Assembly: GCA_028023455.1 (NCBI GenBank)
Contig: JAQFVV010000006.1
Coordinates: 12,028,001 to 12,092,000, forward strand
DNA: 64,000 bases
Source of the DNA: Epiperipatus broadwayi
Lineage: Eukaryota > Animalia > Onychophora
Direction: 5' to 3'
Made by a program: the position numbers and the translations under genes. Below are positions 51,790 through 63,734 of the stretch, one piece after another; within the stretch, counting starts at the first letter, position 1, and each line of letters begins with the position of its first letter. The notes beneath the pieces are model-generated. The model had not been told where the DNA came from, ran no database searches, and saw nothing but the letters and a program-made list of their open reading frames with translations.

Positions 51790-52715
51790 ATAGTAGGTTT
51801 ACTGAAAAGAGGTAATCTAAACAGACATTTTACTACTATTCATCCAAGTTTTGATCAAGACTTCTCCAAAATCTATAATAAAAAGATGTGAAGTACAAAT
51901 ATTTAAAAGATCTCTAAATTCTCAGCAATCTTCATTCAAAAAAGTTGTTGTAAATCAACAATGACAACAATGGCATCTCTCTCTGGGTGTTGAATTTTTA
52001 TAAAGCATAAAGAGCCTTTTACAGATGGTGAGATATTCAAAGAAGATTTTTTGGCTGCAGCAGATAACTTATTTCACATTTTTAAAAATAAAATGGAAAT
52101 TTTTGATGCTATCTAAGATATACAACTTTCAAACATCACATGACAAAGGCCACAAGCCAGAAACCTGGCTGGGGATATTGGATGAGGAGGCACTAGATAG
52201 GGATTTTATGCACAAGCCTTCTGGAAACCATTGATTACTCTGGTTGGCACAGGGGTGGCAGTACTGTATGGAGAGAGTTTTGCCTTGTTTAATATACAAC
52301 TTTCCAGACAAACTTTAACAAGATGAGTTGAAATCATGGTGACAGATTTAAGATCACAACTTAAACGGGATTTTGAAAATTATTCATGGCATTCATGTCA
52401 CTTTGATGACTCAACTGACAGTTGCAATATGTCCCAGCTTAGTATATTTGTACATTTAGTATTTCATGATTTGACTGTAAAGGAAGAATTTCTCAAAATC
52501 CTATTTTTAAAAGAGCAAACCAGAGGAGAGGACTTCTACAATACTTGTAATGCTTTTATAATATCTGAAAATCTTCCTTTTAAGAAGCTTGTTTCCATGA
52601 CTACAGATAGTGCTTTTATGACTGTTTGTGAAAATGGATTTTTAGCATTTTGTAAGAGAGATATTTATTTTCCTAATTTTATTTCATATTACTGCATAAT
52701 TTATTAACAGTCATG
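51790..52715 (+). mobile_element. hAT transposase remnant (GTF2IRD2/SPIN-like), interrupted
   Basis: FTDGEIFKEDFLAAADNLF...IQLS[insertion]RQTLTR...SCHFDDSTDSCNMSQLSIFV...KEEFLKIL...VSMTTD...YCII. Confidence 0.9.
52131..52291. mobile_element. Family A insertion with 13-bp TSD inside the hAT remnant
   Basis: ATATACAACTTTC at 52118-52130 and 52292-52304; 13-nt inverted 3' end AAACATCACATGA fused at TGA to the hammerhead region. Confidence 0.92.
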
Positions 52716-52719
52716 ATGT

Positions 52720-52915
52720 AACCACTAAACATCACATGATCACCATGTTTTATGCTCCTCACTGATGAAGGCCACAAACTAGAAACTAGTCTGGGAATAT
52801 TGGATGTGTAAGCCCTAGATATGGATTTTATGCACAAGCTGACTGGCATCCATTGATTACTCTGGCTTGCACTGAGTGGCACTACTGTATTGAGAGTTTT
52901 GTCTGTTTTAAAACA
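52720..52915. mobile_element. Family A element with short inverted arm
   Basis: 52758-52795: CTCA-CTGATGA-AGGC CACAA ACTA-GAAA-CTAG-TC-TGGG. Confidence 0.85.
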
Positions 52916-54649
52916 ATTGAGCTAATGACAGACCATAGACCAAGTGGTTCGAAAGAATATTACCTAATAATATGATATGTGTATAAGCACAGAAACCTAG
53001 AAATATGTACAGGATTAAGCCATGCGATAATGATATGTTATAAATTCATTGTATGAATCATCAGACCCTTCTGCAAATACCCTTCCCTAAATTGACTTTC
53101 GTTAGACCCACACCCAAGTTAACAAGTAATTATTTTACACAATAAATTATATATGCCATGAACTTTACATATTTACAAGATAATATAAAATAAAATAAAA
53201 CATAAAATGCATGTTAATTAAATTACCACACTAGGTTCAAATACGTGGTATTTAAATCCATTGACTATTAGCCAATAAATTAATAGCACACTTCTTAAAC
53301 TTAATGACAATTGTAATTCAAATAAATATTTCTCTTTTTTTAACAACATAGAATCTTAAAGGTTGATTGTATGCTTCTTCATCTCCATTTATAAGGAATG
53401 CCCATAAGTTAGTTGATTTGTATGTACGTTCTCTGAGAATCCATGGTATTTGAACATTAGCATAGATATTTAAATCAAATTATCCTTGAAAGTTAATGAA
53501 ATTGAATGGTTTTGTTTTAGGAATTATTCTGAAATTGAAATGTTTTACTATCTTTTATTTATGAATGTCGAAGAGAAAGGATGATTGTTAAAGCAAACAA
53601 TTGTCTCATGAGTGCTATAACAGCAAAAATAGTTTCCTAGTCAGCTGTTATTTCTTTGAACACTAATTTCAAGAAGATAACTCACAATGTTGTTTCTAAT
53701 ATAAGTTCAGAGGGACACCATAGATAATTCATCATCCAGACAAGAGTACACAAAAGAGTTAAATACTTCATTCCATTCCACACATATATAACACTTTCAT
53801 ATGTGTTAAAGTTCATGAAAGGAAAATTTATCCAAAGTTAAATACTGTACTTTATTCCGCACTTTTATAACACTACCATGAGTGCTATAAAACTTTATTT
53901 GAGGCTAAACATAGTCTGTAAACAATAAAAAAATTCAAATAGACTGACCTTTTTAGAGCTGCTATTTTTGTTGTTGCAGTTAACAATAATTCCTGGGCAT
54001 CTCAGTTGTAGATCTTGTGAAAGATTGTCAGCAGTTAAACTCATAGTTGGTGGACTTAAACAGTTTTGTTAGGATTTAGGTATACATTTTGCTATTTGCA
54101 CTTGAAAATATTGCAACTTAAATTATTTAAGAGAAGTTTTAATTTAACTTCCTTCTTTATCTTTACATTCCCTCCTTTTTTAAAAAAGAGAAGTTTTCAT
54201 TTTCATTATATGTTTAACAGTAAAATAAAATAATTTTTTTTTATTTTTTATTATGCACTTGCTGTTCTTACAGCAGTTCTCAAAAAAAATCTCTGGCAAT
54301 TTTAATTTTTTCTTAGTCAATTAAATTTCTTCCCATTTGTACATCAGTGGTAAGATATTGAGTGGAGAGTTGTGGTTCAACACCTTATATATTACATATG
54401 TTGATACAGGTATATAATAAGCCTGCATTTTGGTTACATCTGTTTTTAAAAAATAAAAATGAAAAGAAAGAAAAATGCATTTGTCTTATCATATCTTATA
54501 CATTAATTTAAAAGAAATTAACTAAATCTTTCAATTAAACCAAAATAATCTTTAGGATTATTTAAAGAAAAAAAAAACAAATAATAATTATTTGCTTTTT
54601 ATTTATCTCACTATACTTGAAATAATATGATGTTGGTTTTCACCTTTAG

Positions 54650-56115
54650 GTTAAGCATACTTTATCTGAATTAGTGTTTGGAAATATAGCAAAACTAATA
54701 TATGAAAAAAAAGAATGGAAAATACAATAAAAAAAGGAATTATATAATCTCACTATTCAATAAATTGAACACAAAGAACATACTAAATGCTGCCATGATA
54801 ATCAAGTCATCTGAAAGAAGATAGATAAATTTTTACTAGATCTACCAAGCTATTTATATTTTGTACCAAAATATAAGGTTACAATATATATATAGTATTT
54901 AATTAATGGACATTTTATTTGTAATATATATAATATTATAATTTGATGTCTGTATTTCTTCAAATTAATGTATATATATATAGTAATAGCTTTATTATGA
55001 CTTACAAAATATGCAGTCTTTAAAAATTAAAAAGAAAAATGTATATTTTTGTTTTTATTAATCATATAATTGCTCTCATAAATATAATTTTTAGAAATAA
55101 AAAAAAAACTTATATTTATTTTTTTGTTTTGCATATAAATTTTCTTTTTTTCTGTTTCAAACTGTTTAAGTTTAGTAAGTTGTCGGGATTAAAATCTTTT
55201 ATTCACATCTAATTAAAAAGTTATTTTAGATAAAAAAGTAATTGAAATAATAGATTTACTATAGGAAATTATTGTAATTTTAGTATTTGTAACAGAATGT
55301 GGGTGCATGGATATTTATTTTAAAAGAACAAGGGTAATGTAGGATTTAAAATTTAATAAATTCATATAAAAATTATTTATTTTTATTATTATTGTTAACT
55401 TTAAAGTTATTTTTGTCATTAGTGAACACAAAATTTGTTCGGAAACAAGTATAGAAGGTGTGGGTGGAAATATTTAAAGAGGACAATGGAAATTCTTTTA
55501 ACATCATATGGTTTCTAAGAGATAATTATTTAAGTTAAATACAGTGATTTGGACATCTTTAGATGTAACAATAGGGAGGGTTGTTTACCCTTAAAAGAAA
55601 AACTGATTTACTATTTTAAAAGCTTTCAAGAAATTTACATCTATTTTTCTTATAAATTTTTTTATTATTTTTAAAAGAAATGATGAAGGTATTCAACAAA
55701 ATGATTGGCTAAAACAAAAATAGATTTGGAGCATGTGTAGTCTCTCTTCCAATTGCTTACCTTACTTGCCTAATTTCATTAAAGGCATGATGTTAAAATA
55801 AAAATAGGTCTGCCTAATAAAAGGAAACCTAAAAGCAATCTATCTTTTTTTAAGCCATTGAAGAAATCACTCCCCTTAAATAGTAGAAGAGAATGCCATT
55901 AGGTGAATTAATTAATAGCTTATTAACATTTTTAGGGAATTAACAACTCTTTAAGCCCACATGTAATTATCTCAAAACAAATATTGATGGACAATAGTCT
56001 ACTTATCTTCAGAGTTTTTAAAATTCCACTTTAATGAAACTTTTTTTATATGACATTCATCTTTTTTTAATGTATCCATTACATCACCAAAGAAACCAAT
56101 TGAAAATCAGATGAA
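54650..56115 (+). pseudogene. Three phase-linked pseudo-exons
   Basis: 54650-54877 (stops 54728, 54761, 54812), 55423-55510 (*TQNLFGNKYRRCGWKYLKRTMEILLTSY), 56013-56115 (stop 56051); joins in phase to 62265-62337. Confidence 0.55.
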
Positions 56116-57361
56116 GTAAATTTTAAATTTAGAAATTTTGATAAAAAAAGTAAAGACATTATTATTAATAATAACTTTTATGATGAATTGTTGTTATGCA
56201 TTTTATTCTTAGCTCTCCCAAAAAAAAACATTATTTTAAAAGAATAGAGGTAATATTAAAAATTTTATTTTTATATATATAACATATATGTTTGCAAATA
56301 TTTTATATTGTTTTGATGTGAATGGTTTGATTAAATGTGATTATAATTTAATGCTTAGCAAAGGTTATACATTGAATATTAAAATTTATTATTATTATTA
56401 ATATTCAGTCTTGTGAATACATCGTTCAAAGTTAAAAGAGATTGTTTTGATATTTGACATGTCATTAGGGATGCCTGTAATTTAAGTAGGGCATTAGCTA
56501 AGTTAATTTGTTATGTGTGTAATTTAAATAGTGGCTTTTTTGTACTTGGCATGGTAATATGCAGAAATATATGTAATCATATAAGATGATAAATTTCTCT
56601 TATGGTATAATTAGTTAATAAAAGAGCCGATGAGTTCCTTTTATTGAAGAATTATTTTTATATGAGAAATAATGAATGCCTTTTATTATATGTTGAATAG
56701 GTATGTGCATGTATGTATAGAATATATTTATTTTACTTTCACCACTTCCTGAAATAAACCATAACTTATGATCTCAAGTTAATTTGCTCAAAACTTTCAT
56801 ATTATATATGTATAAGTAGATAAGCAGGATCTGTTGAAATAAATATTGATAGTTAAAAAAAATCTTTTACGTATGAAATGTGTATATAAATTATAATTTA
56901 AATTAGCTTCTCATATTATTATTAAATAATTATAATTTATATATATATAACCCTTATTAAAATTTATTTTAAATTCTAAAAAAAACACTACTTAGTTATC
57001 AATGAAATTGATTCACTTTGAATTTTTTTATAGCTTAAAATTTGTATTAATTCCAATATAAAAAAAGAAATATGTTTATTAGGATTAAAGCTGTGAAGAT
57101 ACCTAAATATAAATAAAAATGCATATATTTTTTGTTTAAAATTGGTTTTTGTATTTTTCTTTTAGTCATAAGATTGTTACTTATCACCCGCACATTAGAA
57201 TTGCTAAGGTATTTATAATATTTACCCTGAGACATTAGTTATATACATATATATTTTCTTTTGATTAATCATATTAAATTGCCACTAGCTATTATAGCAT
57301 TATAAAAGAAAAGAATGATAATTACATTAAAATAAACTCTATGATTATATTGTCAAAATGA

Positions 57362-57560
57362 GTCATAGATCACATGATCTTATACTCTTAAGCTTGTAAG
57401 TTATAAACAATGAGGATTGCCATTTCCGCAACAAGCTTTGTGATAAATGCTTAGCTAGAGAAAGCATTTAAAATATCTCTGTCAGGACTCCCCCCCCCCA
57501 AACCTCTGACCATGGTTTTGTGCTCTGGCACTCCTCAGAGAGGTGCTAGGATAGATTCAG
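57362..57560 (-). mobile_element. Divergent family B-related element with fully paired hammerhead
   Basis: 57503-57543 (-): CCTCT-CTGAGGA-GTGC CAGA GCAC-aAAA-CCATGG-TC-AGAGG. Confidence 0.8.
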
Positions 57561-57754
57561 ACACTTATTTTAACTATATTTTGAAATCAATAAAATGCCC
57601 TTTGATTTTGATGTATATTTATTTAAAATGCACACACGCAGTAAAAGAGTTTTAGAGATTAAAATATATTTTCCCTTTCATAATTTTAGCTTGTCTAGAA
57701 GTGAGATATTTATTATCATTTAGGCTTAATGAGTGGTAAATATAATTTTTAGTC

Positions 57755-57865
57755 AAGCGTTGTTAGCTGAGAGGTCATCGCAACTGCCTTGCAAGCAAGT
57801 AGTTGGTTGCAGACGGTTGTGGGTTCACGTCCTGCCAATGCTATGACATATGAGAAAAATATATA
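57755..57865 (+). mobile_element. tRNA-derived SINE related to 34384
   Basis: gcgttgttagctgagagg...ctgccttgcaagca...gggttcacgtcc, with tail tgacatatgagaaaa. Confidence 0.6.
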
Positions 57866-58466
57866 TATAATTTTTAATTTAATTAATTTGTGAGGAGTAA
57901 TAAAGCATTTCTTTCTCTCTTCCATCCCATCTCACTTCACTTTACATACCATTACTATATATATATTATTTAAAAATTTGACTTTTTTAAGAATCATTGT
58001 TTATAATATTTGTACTAAAATAGAGGAATTGGAATAATAAATAAATATTAAGCCAGTATATTAAATGATTCAACAAAAACATGATACAATCAACTAATTC
58101 TTTCCATACAATTCATTTCCTTATTGAATCATAAGGTATATAATAACAAAAAATAACTAATGGTTCATGACTCAACAAAATATAAAAAGTTTGTCACTGA
58201 AAGTGATGAAACCAAATCCAGGATCCATCATCCTTAAGTGCTACAATCCATCAATCTATTACTAAATTAAACCATACAGGAAATTGTATTTTTAATTTGT
58301 TTTAGAATGTTTCACTCAATTGTTTATATCTAAAACTGTTTTAGTTGAGAATCTACCACTAGTTTCTAGATTGGATAATCTTACTGTGAGTTAAAGTATT
58401 TTTTATTGTTTTCTTATAACTGTTTCTTTCCTTTATTTACTTCTCTACTATTATAGTGATTTTTAA

Positions 58467-58751
58467 AACAGGCAAAACTCATTATATGTATTGCCACACA
58501 CAGCAAGCTAGAGTAATCAATGGATGCCAGAAGGCTTGTGCATAAAATCTCCATCTAGTGCCTGCTCGTCCAATATCCCCAGACTAGTTTCTGGCTTGCG
58601 GCCTTCGTCAGTGAGGAGCCTTGGATCTGAGAGCACTGCACCTAGATCCATTAATTACTCTAGCTTGTTGTGTGTGGCAATATGTATAGTGAGTTTTGCC
58701 TGTTTTAAGAACAGTTATACACAAGCATAAGAGGTGGTAGTCATGTGATGT
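58467..58751. mobile_element. Family A head-to-head insertion with 16-bp TSD and intact hammerhead
   Basis: TTATAGTG(A/T)TTTTTAA at 58451-58466 and 58752-58767; 58578-58615 (-): CTCA-CTGACGA-AGGC CGCAA GCCA-GAAA-CTAG-TC-TGGG. Confidence 0.92.
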
Positions 58752-59334
58752 TTATAGTGTTTTTTAAGAATTAAGGTGCAATTTTTGATTGATGGTGCAT
58801 CTTCATTTTTTTCTTTTAATTTAATTCTTGCATTATTATTATAAATATCATTTTTATTTAATTGCTTATTTTTGCTTCTTGATTGACAAGTTACATAATG
58901 CAAAACAAAATCATGATTCTCAACTTCAGTTATATGTGTCAATTATTACTACAATTTGGTATATAAGTGTCAAACTTCCTGATCTCATACCTTTGATACC
59001 ATTCATTTAAATAATTCCTTTGATGACTATTACTAATCATTTATTGTACTACACATTATATCATTTTTCCCTGGATAAAACCTTGAACTCAGATACTAAT
59101 ATATCCATTGTTTTATTACACATAAACTCAGGGTATCGTTAATCCAATATTATCACTGCTTGTTCAATATTATCTTTTTAAAAAAATACTTAATACTTCC
59201 ATTTCATTAAATGTGTATGAAGAATGATTAGATAATCCTAATCTAATAAATAATCAATAATATATTTTGGATGGAGTAAGAATTGTGAGTGTATGGATTT
59301 TAATACTTGTAGATCAAATTGGTAGTAATTTTAT

Positions 59335-59700
59335 ATTGATCTGATCAATTGATGAAGAGGTATAAGAGATTGTGATCTGGGCCAACTGCAGAATGCACAT
59401 TCCATCATCAGATTTTCAATGAAATGGATGGCTGAAGAGTTGTTGGGTGGAATGGTTTGAAGTGTGTCCATTAAAGTATGAAGATTGACTATCTTAATAT
59501 AAGTTGAGCTCTGATTGTATATACATGTGGAGATGATAATCTGGACCAACTGATGAGTGCTGGTTTAGCACAAAATATGGACATTGGTGATTATTTATCT
59601 TTTTGACATGTGTGTGATCAATTGTATCAGCAGTATAAGATAGCATGGATAGTTGAGGGTCATGTGAAAATCTGAGTTCAAACCCACTATATATTCCATA
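59335..59700 (+). mobile_element. Family E element
   Basis: 59545-59588: ACCAA-CTGATGA-GTGC TGGTTTA GCAC-aAAA-TATGGA-CA-TTGGT; B-box-like gagttcaaaccc at ~59675. Confidence 0.85.
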
Positions 59701-60289
59701 AAATACTTTGCAGAAGGTATTTGCCTTTTTTCAGAAGTCTTATGTTTCAAGACTGTTGAGTGGAATGGAAGTTTTACATAAATCAATTATTCTGACAGAA
59801 AAATTGTAATATTCAGCAGTTTTGATTTCAAATTTTTGACTTATTTTTTTAACAGACATTTACCATTCAAATAGGTTATGTCTCATATGTGGAAAAATCA
59901 AATGTGAGAAAAAAGGCATGCATGATGATGATGATGATGCTTTAATCATAAATGAATATCTACAATCAAACATAAATAACTCTTCTGGTTCAATTTGCTT
60001 GCCAAGTTATTTCAATACAGCTATTTATTTTTATCATGACATTGTTAGATATTATGGTTTTTAATGATAAACATTTTAGACTTTAATTACAGTTTTGGTC
60101 AATAGATAGAACCTATAAATAAATAAACTAACATGCTTAATTAAAAAAAAAATGGTTGGGAAAGATTTTAAATATTTGGAAGAATGTTGCAAATCAATTT
60201 CACATTATTTTGCAGCAGTTTGATATAAGCAAGTAAGTTTTTTAACTTCAGGCTATTTATTAAATGATCATTTATTCTTATACTTTTTT

Positions 60290-60615
60290 GATATTTACGC
60301 ATTTTCTGTTCAACTGCTTCATGTCAGCCATTTTACTTTAAATTATAAGAATAATTATACAGTTTCATGGGCATACAATTGGCAATAAAACAAAAAATAT
60401 TTGTTTATTTTTGTTTTTATTATAATATTTACACTTTTTATTATTGTTATTTTAAAAAAGAAAAATTTCTCCCAAAGAATTAGAATTAAGTATAAAACAA
60501 AATAAAAACAAAAATAACATTTTTAAAATTGCCAGTTGTAGGCCCATGAAACTGTATAATTATTTTTATAACTTAAAACAAAATGGCTGACAAAAAATAG
60601 AAAATATGTAAGTAA
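60290..60615. mobile_element. Fold-back MITE-like element
   Basis: tgtcagccatttt...tatacagtttcatgggcatacaattggcaat mirrored by attgccagttgtaggcccatgaaactgtata...aaaatggctgaca. Confidence 0.75.
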
Positions 60616-60834
60616 TCTTTATCTTTAATTATTGAAAGTAACAATTTGAGAAATAGCAAGCAAATAATTGTAATATTCAAAAGGCTCTTAAAATATTTTA
60701 TTTTTGTTTTAAAAGATATTTGTACAATAAGTATGTAAAAAAATATTAAAAATAAATAAATGGAATTATAAATTAATATTTATCTGGAAGTTTGTAATTA
60801 TATATTGTACTATTTGAATCATCTAAAATTAATT

Positions 60835-61040
60835 GTTAAATGTTTTTAGACAAATTTAAACTTTATTTAAACTGTCCAAGTATATTCAGTTGTTAGTAGT
60901 AGCATATAAGTTAACATACAACTCATATTTTGAGTGTTACTGTTTTCCTCTATTCTCCAGATGTGGCTGAATTGACCAGTAACAGTATTTATTACCATGG
61001 AAATCAAATCTCAAGCAATTAGATTCATGAATATTAAATT
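60835..61040 (-). mobile_element. Family G element, degenerate
   Basis: ttttcctctattctccagatgtggctg...attagattcatgaatattaaatt aligns to 23735-23860. Confidence 0.55.
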
Positions 61041-62264
61041 AATGGTGATTCTTTAATTTATTAAACTATACTGCCAAAAATCTGTTGGTATAGAGCATTA
61101 TCTTACATTTAATATTCATGGATCTCAAGAACCCATGTTCAATACCTATACTAATATTAGTAATAATTAGGCCAATAATACAGGAAGAAGGGCTCGAAAT
61201 GTTGTGTTTTGTACTAACTTTAGGAATATTACTAAGAGTTGAATGTGTTTAAAGAGTTAAATTATGTTTACATTTTTCTAATACAGTTAATATTGCTTAG
61301 CATTGCGGATATTATAAATAATAATCTTTTCTTCCTTTTTTAAATAGTAAAAAAAATTATTAACAAAATAAATATTTACAATTTGTACAAGTAATTAAAC
61401 AAAAGTTAAATTTAAATTACAAATTTATATACCAAAACCTGAAGAATTTGATATATTCCACTGTTAAGACAAAAAGATTTCAGGCAATTAAACAGTTATT
61501 TTCAATTCAAGGGGATTGACCTATATCAATGACCAGGAGAAGTATTCAAACACATCTAACAAGTGCTGACTGGGCCTTGACAACTGAAATCAGCGAAACA
61601 CGTGACAAAATATTTGGTTAACCTGGGACAAAAGGCAATCAAAGAAATTGACTATTTCACTCACGGCAAACAGTTATCTGGTAACTTCCCATAGAGTCAA
61701 TCCAAAACACAGTAAACGTGTTTTATATTGATTTAATAATTAATTCTAGAAAATGGAAATAATCCAACATATAATTACAAGAGCAGTAATTTAGTTCTAA
61801 ATGCTTACATACAAATGGACTAAAAAATTTTACATTGAAGAGAGCATTGATCACATGTCATGATGATTTGAAGAAATTTGTATATTTTGAACCAAAACAA
61901 ATCTGTTTGTTTAATTGTATAGATACAATACTAGGGTTATAACTACGTATCATAAGGATTTCTATTTTATTATAACTGTAAATGATTCTTTGTAAAAAGA
62001 CTGAGATATTTCAAAACAAATCATAAGAAATGAGAGTCAATTACTACAATTAATCTATGTGTTGATTGTAAGATAAAGAATGTCACAATGTTTTGTATGA
62101 CAAAATTATCTCTATTTTATGATTGAACGATTAGTTTATTAAGTACCACAAGAGTTTAATGTTACACTAACATAGTTTAGATAAATTAAATATATTATTT
62201 GAATCCATTTTCTTAACATACAAACAAAATAGCCTTTTTTTTTTTTGTAAATAATCCATTTCAG

Positions 62265-62337
62265 GGAGCAAATGCCTCCAATAGATTTCGATAATGTAAT
62301 TGTGAAGATAAAATCCAGTATTCACCAGGCTTCCTAA
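62265..62337 (+). CDS. Candidate terminal exon
   Basis: ccatttcag|..EQMPPIDFDNVIVKIKSSIHQAS*; phase 2 matches the 56115 donor. Confidence 0.45.
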
Positions 62338-63019
62338 TTTATAGGGAATGAGAATTTGAGCCGTTTTCTAAACTTGTTTCTTGCTTACTAAGAATTTATA
62401 GATACCCATTTACTGATCAATGATGAATGGTTAGCTGGATTAGATATAGGCTAGCTATCTAAAATAAAAATTGTACACTTCTTGAAAAGAATTTCATTTA
62501 GCCCGGATTCAAACTTGGGTTGTAGGCATGTCAAGAGCATGAAGCCCTTCCTTTCTAAATATAAACACGATTAAACTATGATTTTATTTTATATAGAAAT
62601 TTATAAAGAAATAAATTATGACGTAGATAAGAAATTGCAACTTATAGATAAGGGTCGCAAAGGTTTACTATAAATATAGAAATAAAACAAAAGAAATTGC
62701 TAAATAAATAGAAAATTTTACTTTCAAATGTTTCATACAAATCTAATTTTTTTTTTTTTGACATTTAACATAATTGACTAATATTTTTTTCTTTTTCCAT
62801 TTAATAATAATAAAAAGTCATTATTAGAAAAGATGATTTATAGATAAATCCTGCTAGTCTATATCACTTAAAAATCGATACAGCTTTAAATATTTTAAAC
62901 ATTCTCTGTTCTAATTGTAACAAAAAAAAAAAAAAGAAACGTAAAAGATGTAAAAGAGAAGGCAGAATCTTTTTTTTTTTAGTGAATAATTGAAAATATA
63001 GATGTTCTTGGAGTAAAAT

Positions 63020-63330
63020 AAATACATTATCATCAACCCACATCTGTAGAGAATTCCATAATAAAGAGAAATTTATTTTATTTTAAACAAATTAAACTAA
63101 AGTATATTTTCTTCCTATACAATGATACAATATGTCTAAGTGGTGCGTGTGAGATAGAGATATGTTAAAAAGTAACAAGAAATAATAATATCATTAACTC
63201 ACATCCGTAGAAAATTCCTGGATGTGGAGATTTTTATTTTATTTGAAACAAATTAAAATAAAGTATACTTTCTTCCTATATATTAGAACAATATGTGTGA
63301 ATGATGTGCGTGAGATAGTGAAATAAATAA
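63020..63330 (+). repeat. Diverged tandem duplication (~165-bp unit)
   Basis: cacatctgtagagaattcc / cacatccgtagaaaattcc and aaagtatattttcttcctata / aaagtatactttcttcctata. Confidence 0.75.
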
Positions 63331-63734
63331 ATAATAACAACAACAACATTATTATTTTTCAATAAAATATATAACTAATTAAAACCGGAAAGTTCACAGA
63401 TTAGAAAGCAATAAACTAAATAATGATAAAACAAAGAAGATTTTAATAGTTTGTTATCAAATGACCTGTTTATAATATTGATTATCAATGATTAACCATG
63501 CTTAAATAAACTTGTTTGCTTAATCAATTTCTAATATAAAAAACAGTAAAACAATGATATAAAAAGGGTGGAAATGAATAGATTTAGATAAATAAATAGA
63601 GATGCAGATAAATGCGTGGAAAAATAAAACTGAAGATCAGATGGACAACTGAAGTGCTTTCACAAGTATATACTTGTAATTTTGTTATTATAAGCATAAA
63701 GTTAGAAGGTCCTTCAGTCGGCATAAAAGTCATC

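Larger units (their letters stand above)
22971..62337 (+). pseudogene. Decayed multi-exon protein gene of unrecognised family (could be more than one gene)
   Basis: AG/GT-bounded segments joining in phase: 22971-23046 to 23147-23194; 30505-30713 to 30833-30882/30912; 33162-33265; 36778-36916 to 37009-37145; 42476-42550; 48955-48990 to 50149-50247 to 50565-50603; 54650-54877 to 55423-55510 to 56013-56115 to 62265-62337. Many contain in-frame stops. Confidence 0.55.

Noticed and set aside
58524-58730. Recurrent LCIKSLSSAYSSNIPRLVS / LGSESTAPRS ORFs (also 22080, 29116, 52129, 52679)
   Set aside because: Antisense translations of the family A element; short, with variable stops between copies.
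61490-61720. GC-richer patch as an exon
   Set aside because: All frames on both strands stop early, and it is not needed for the 56115 to 62265 phase join; may be regulatory.
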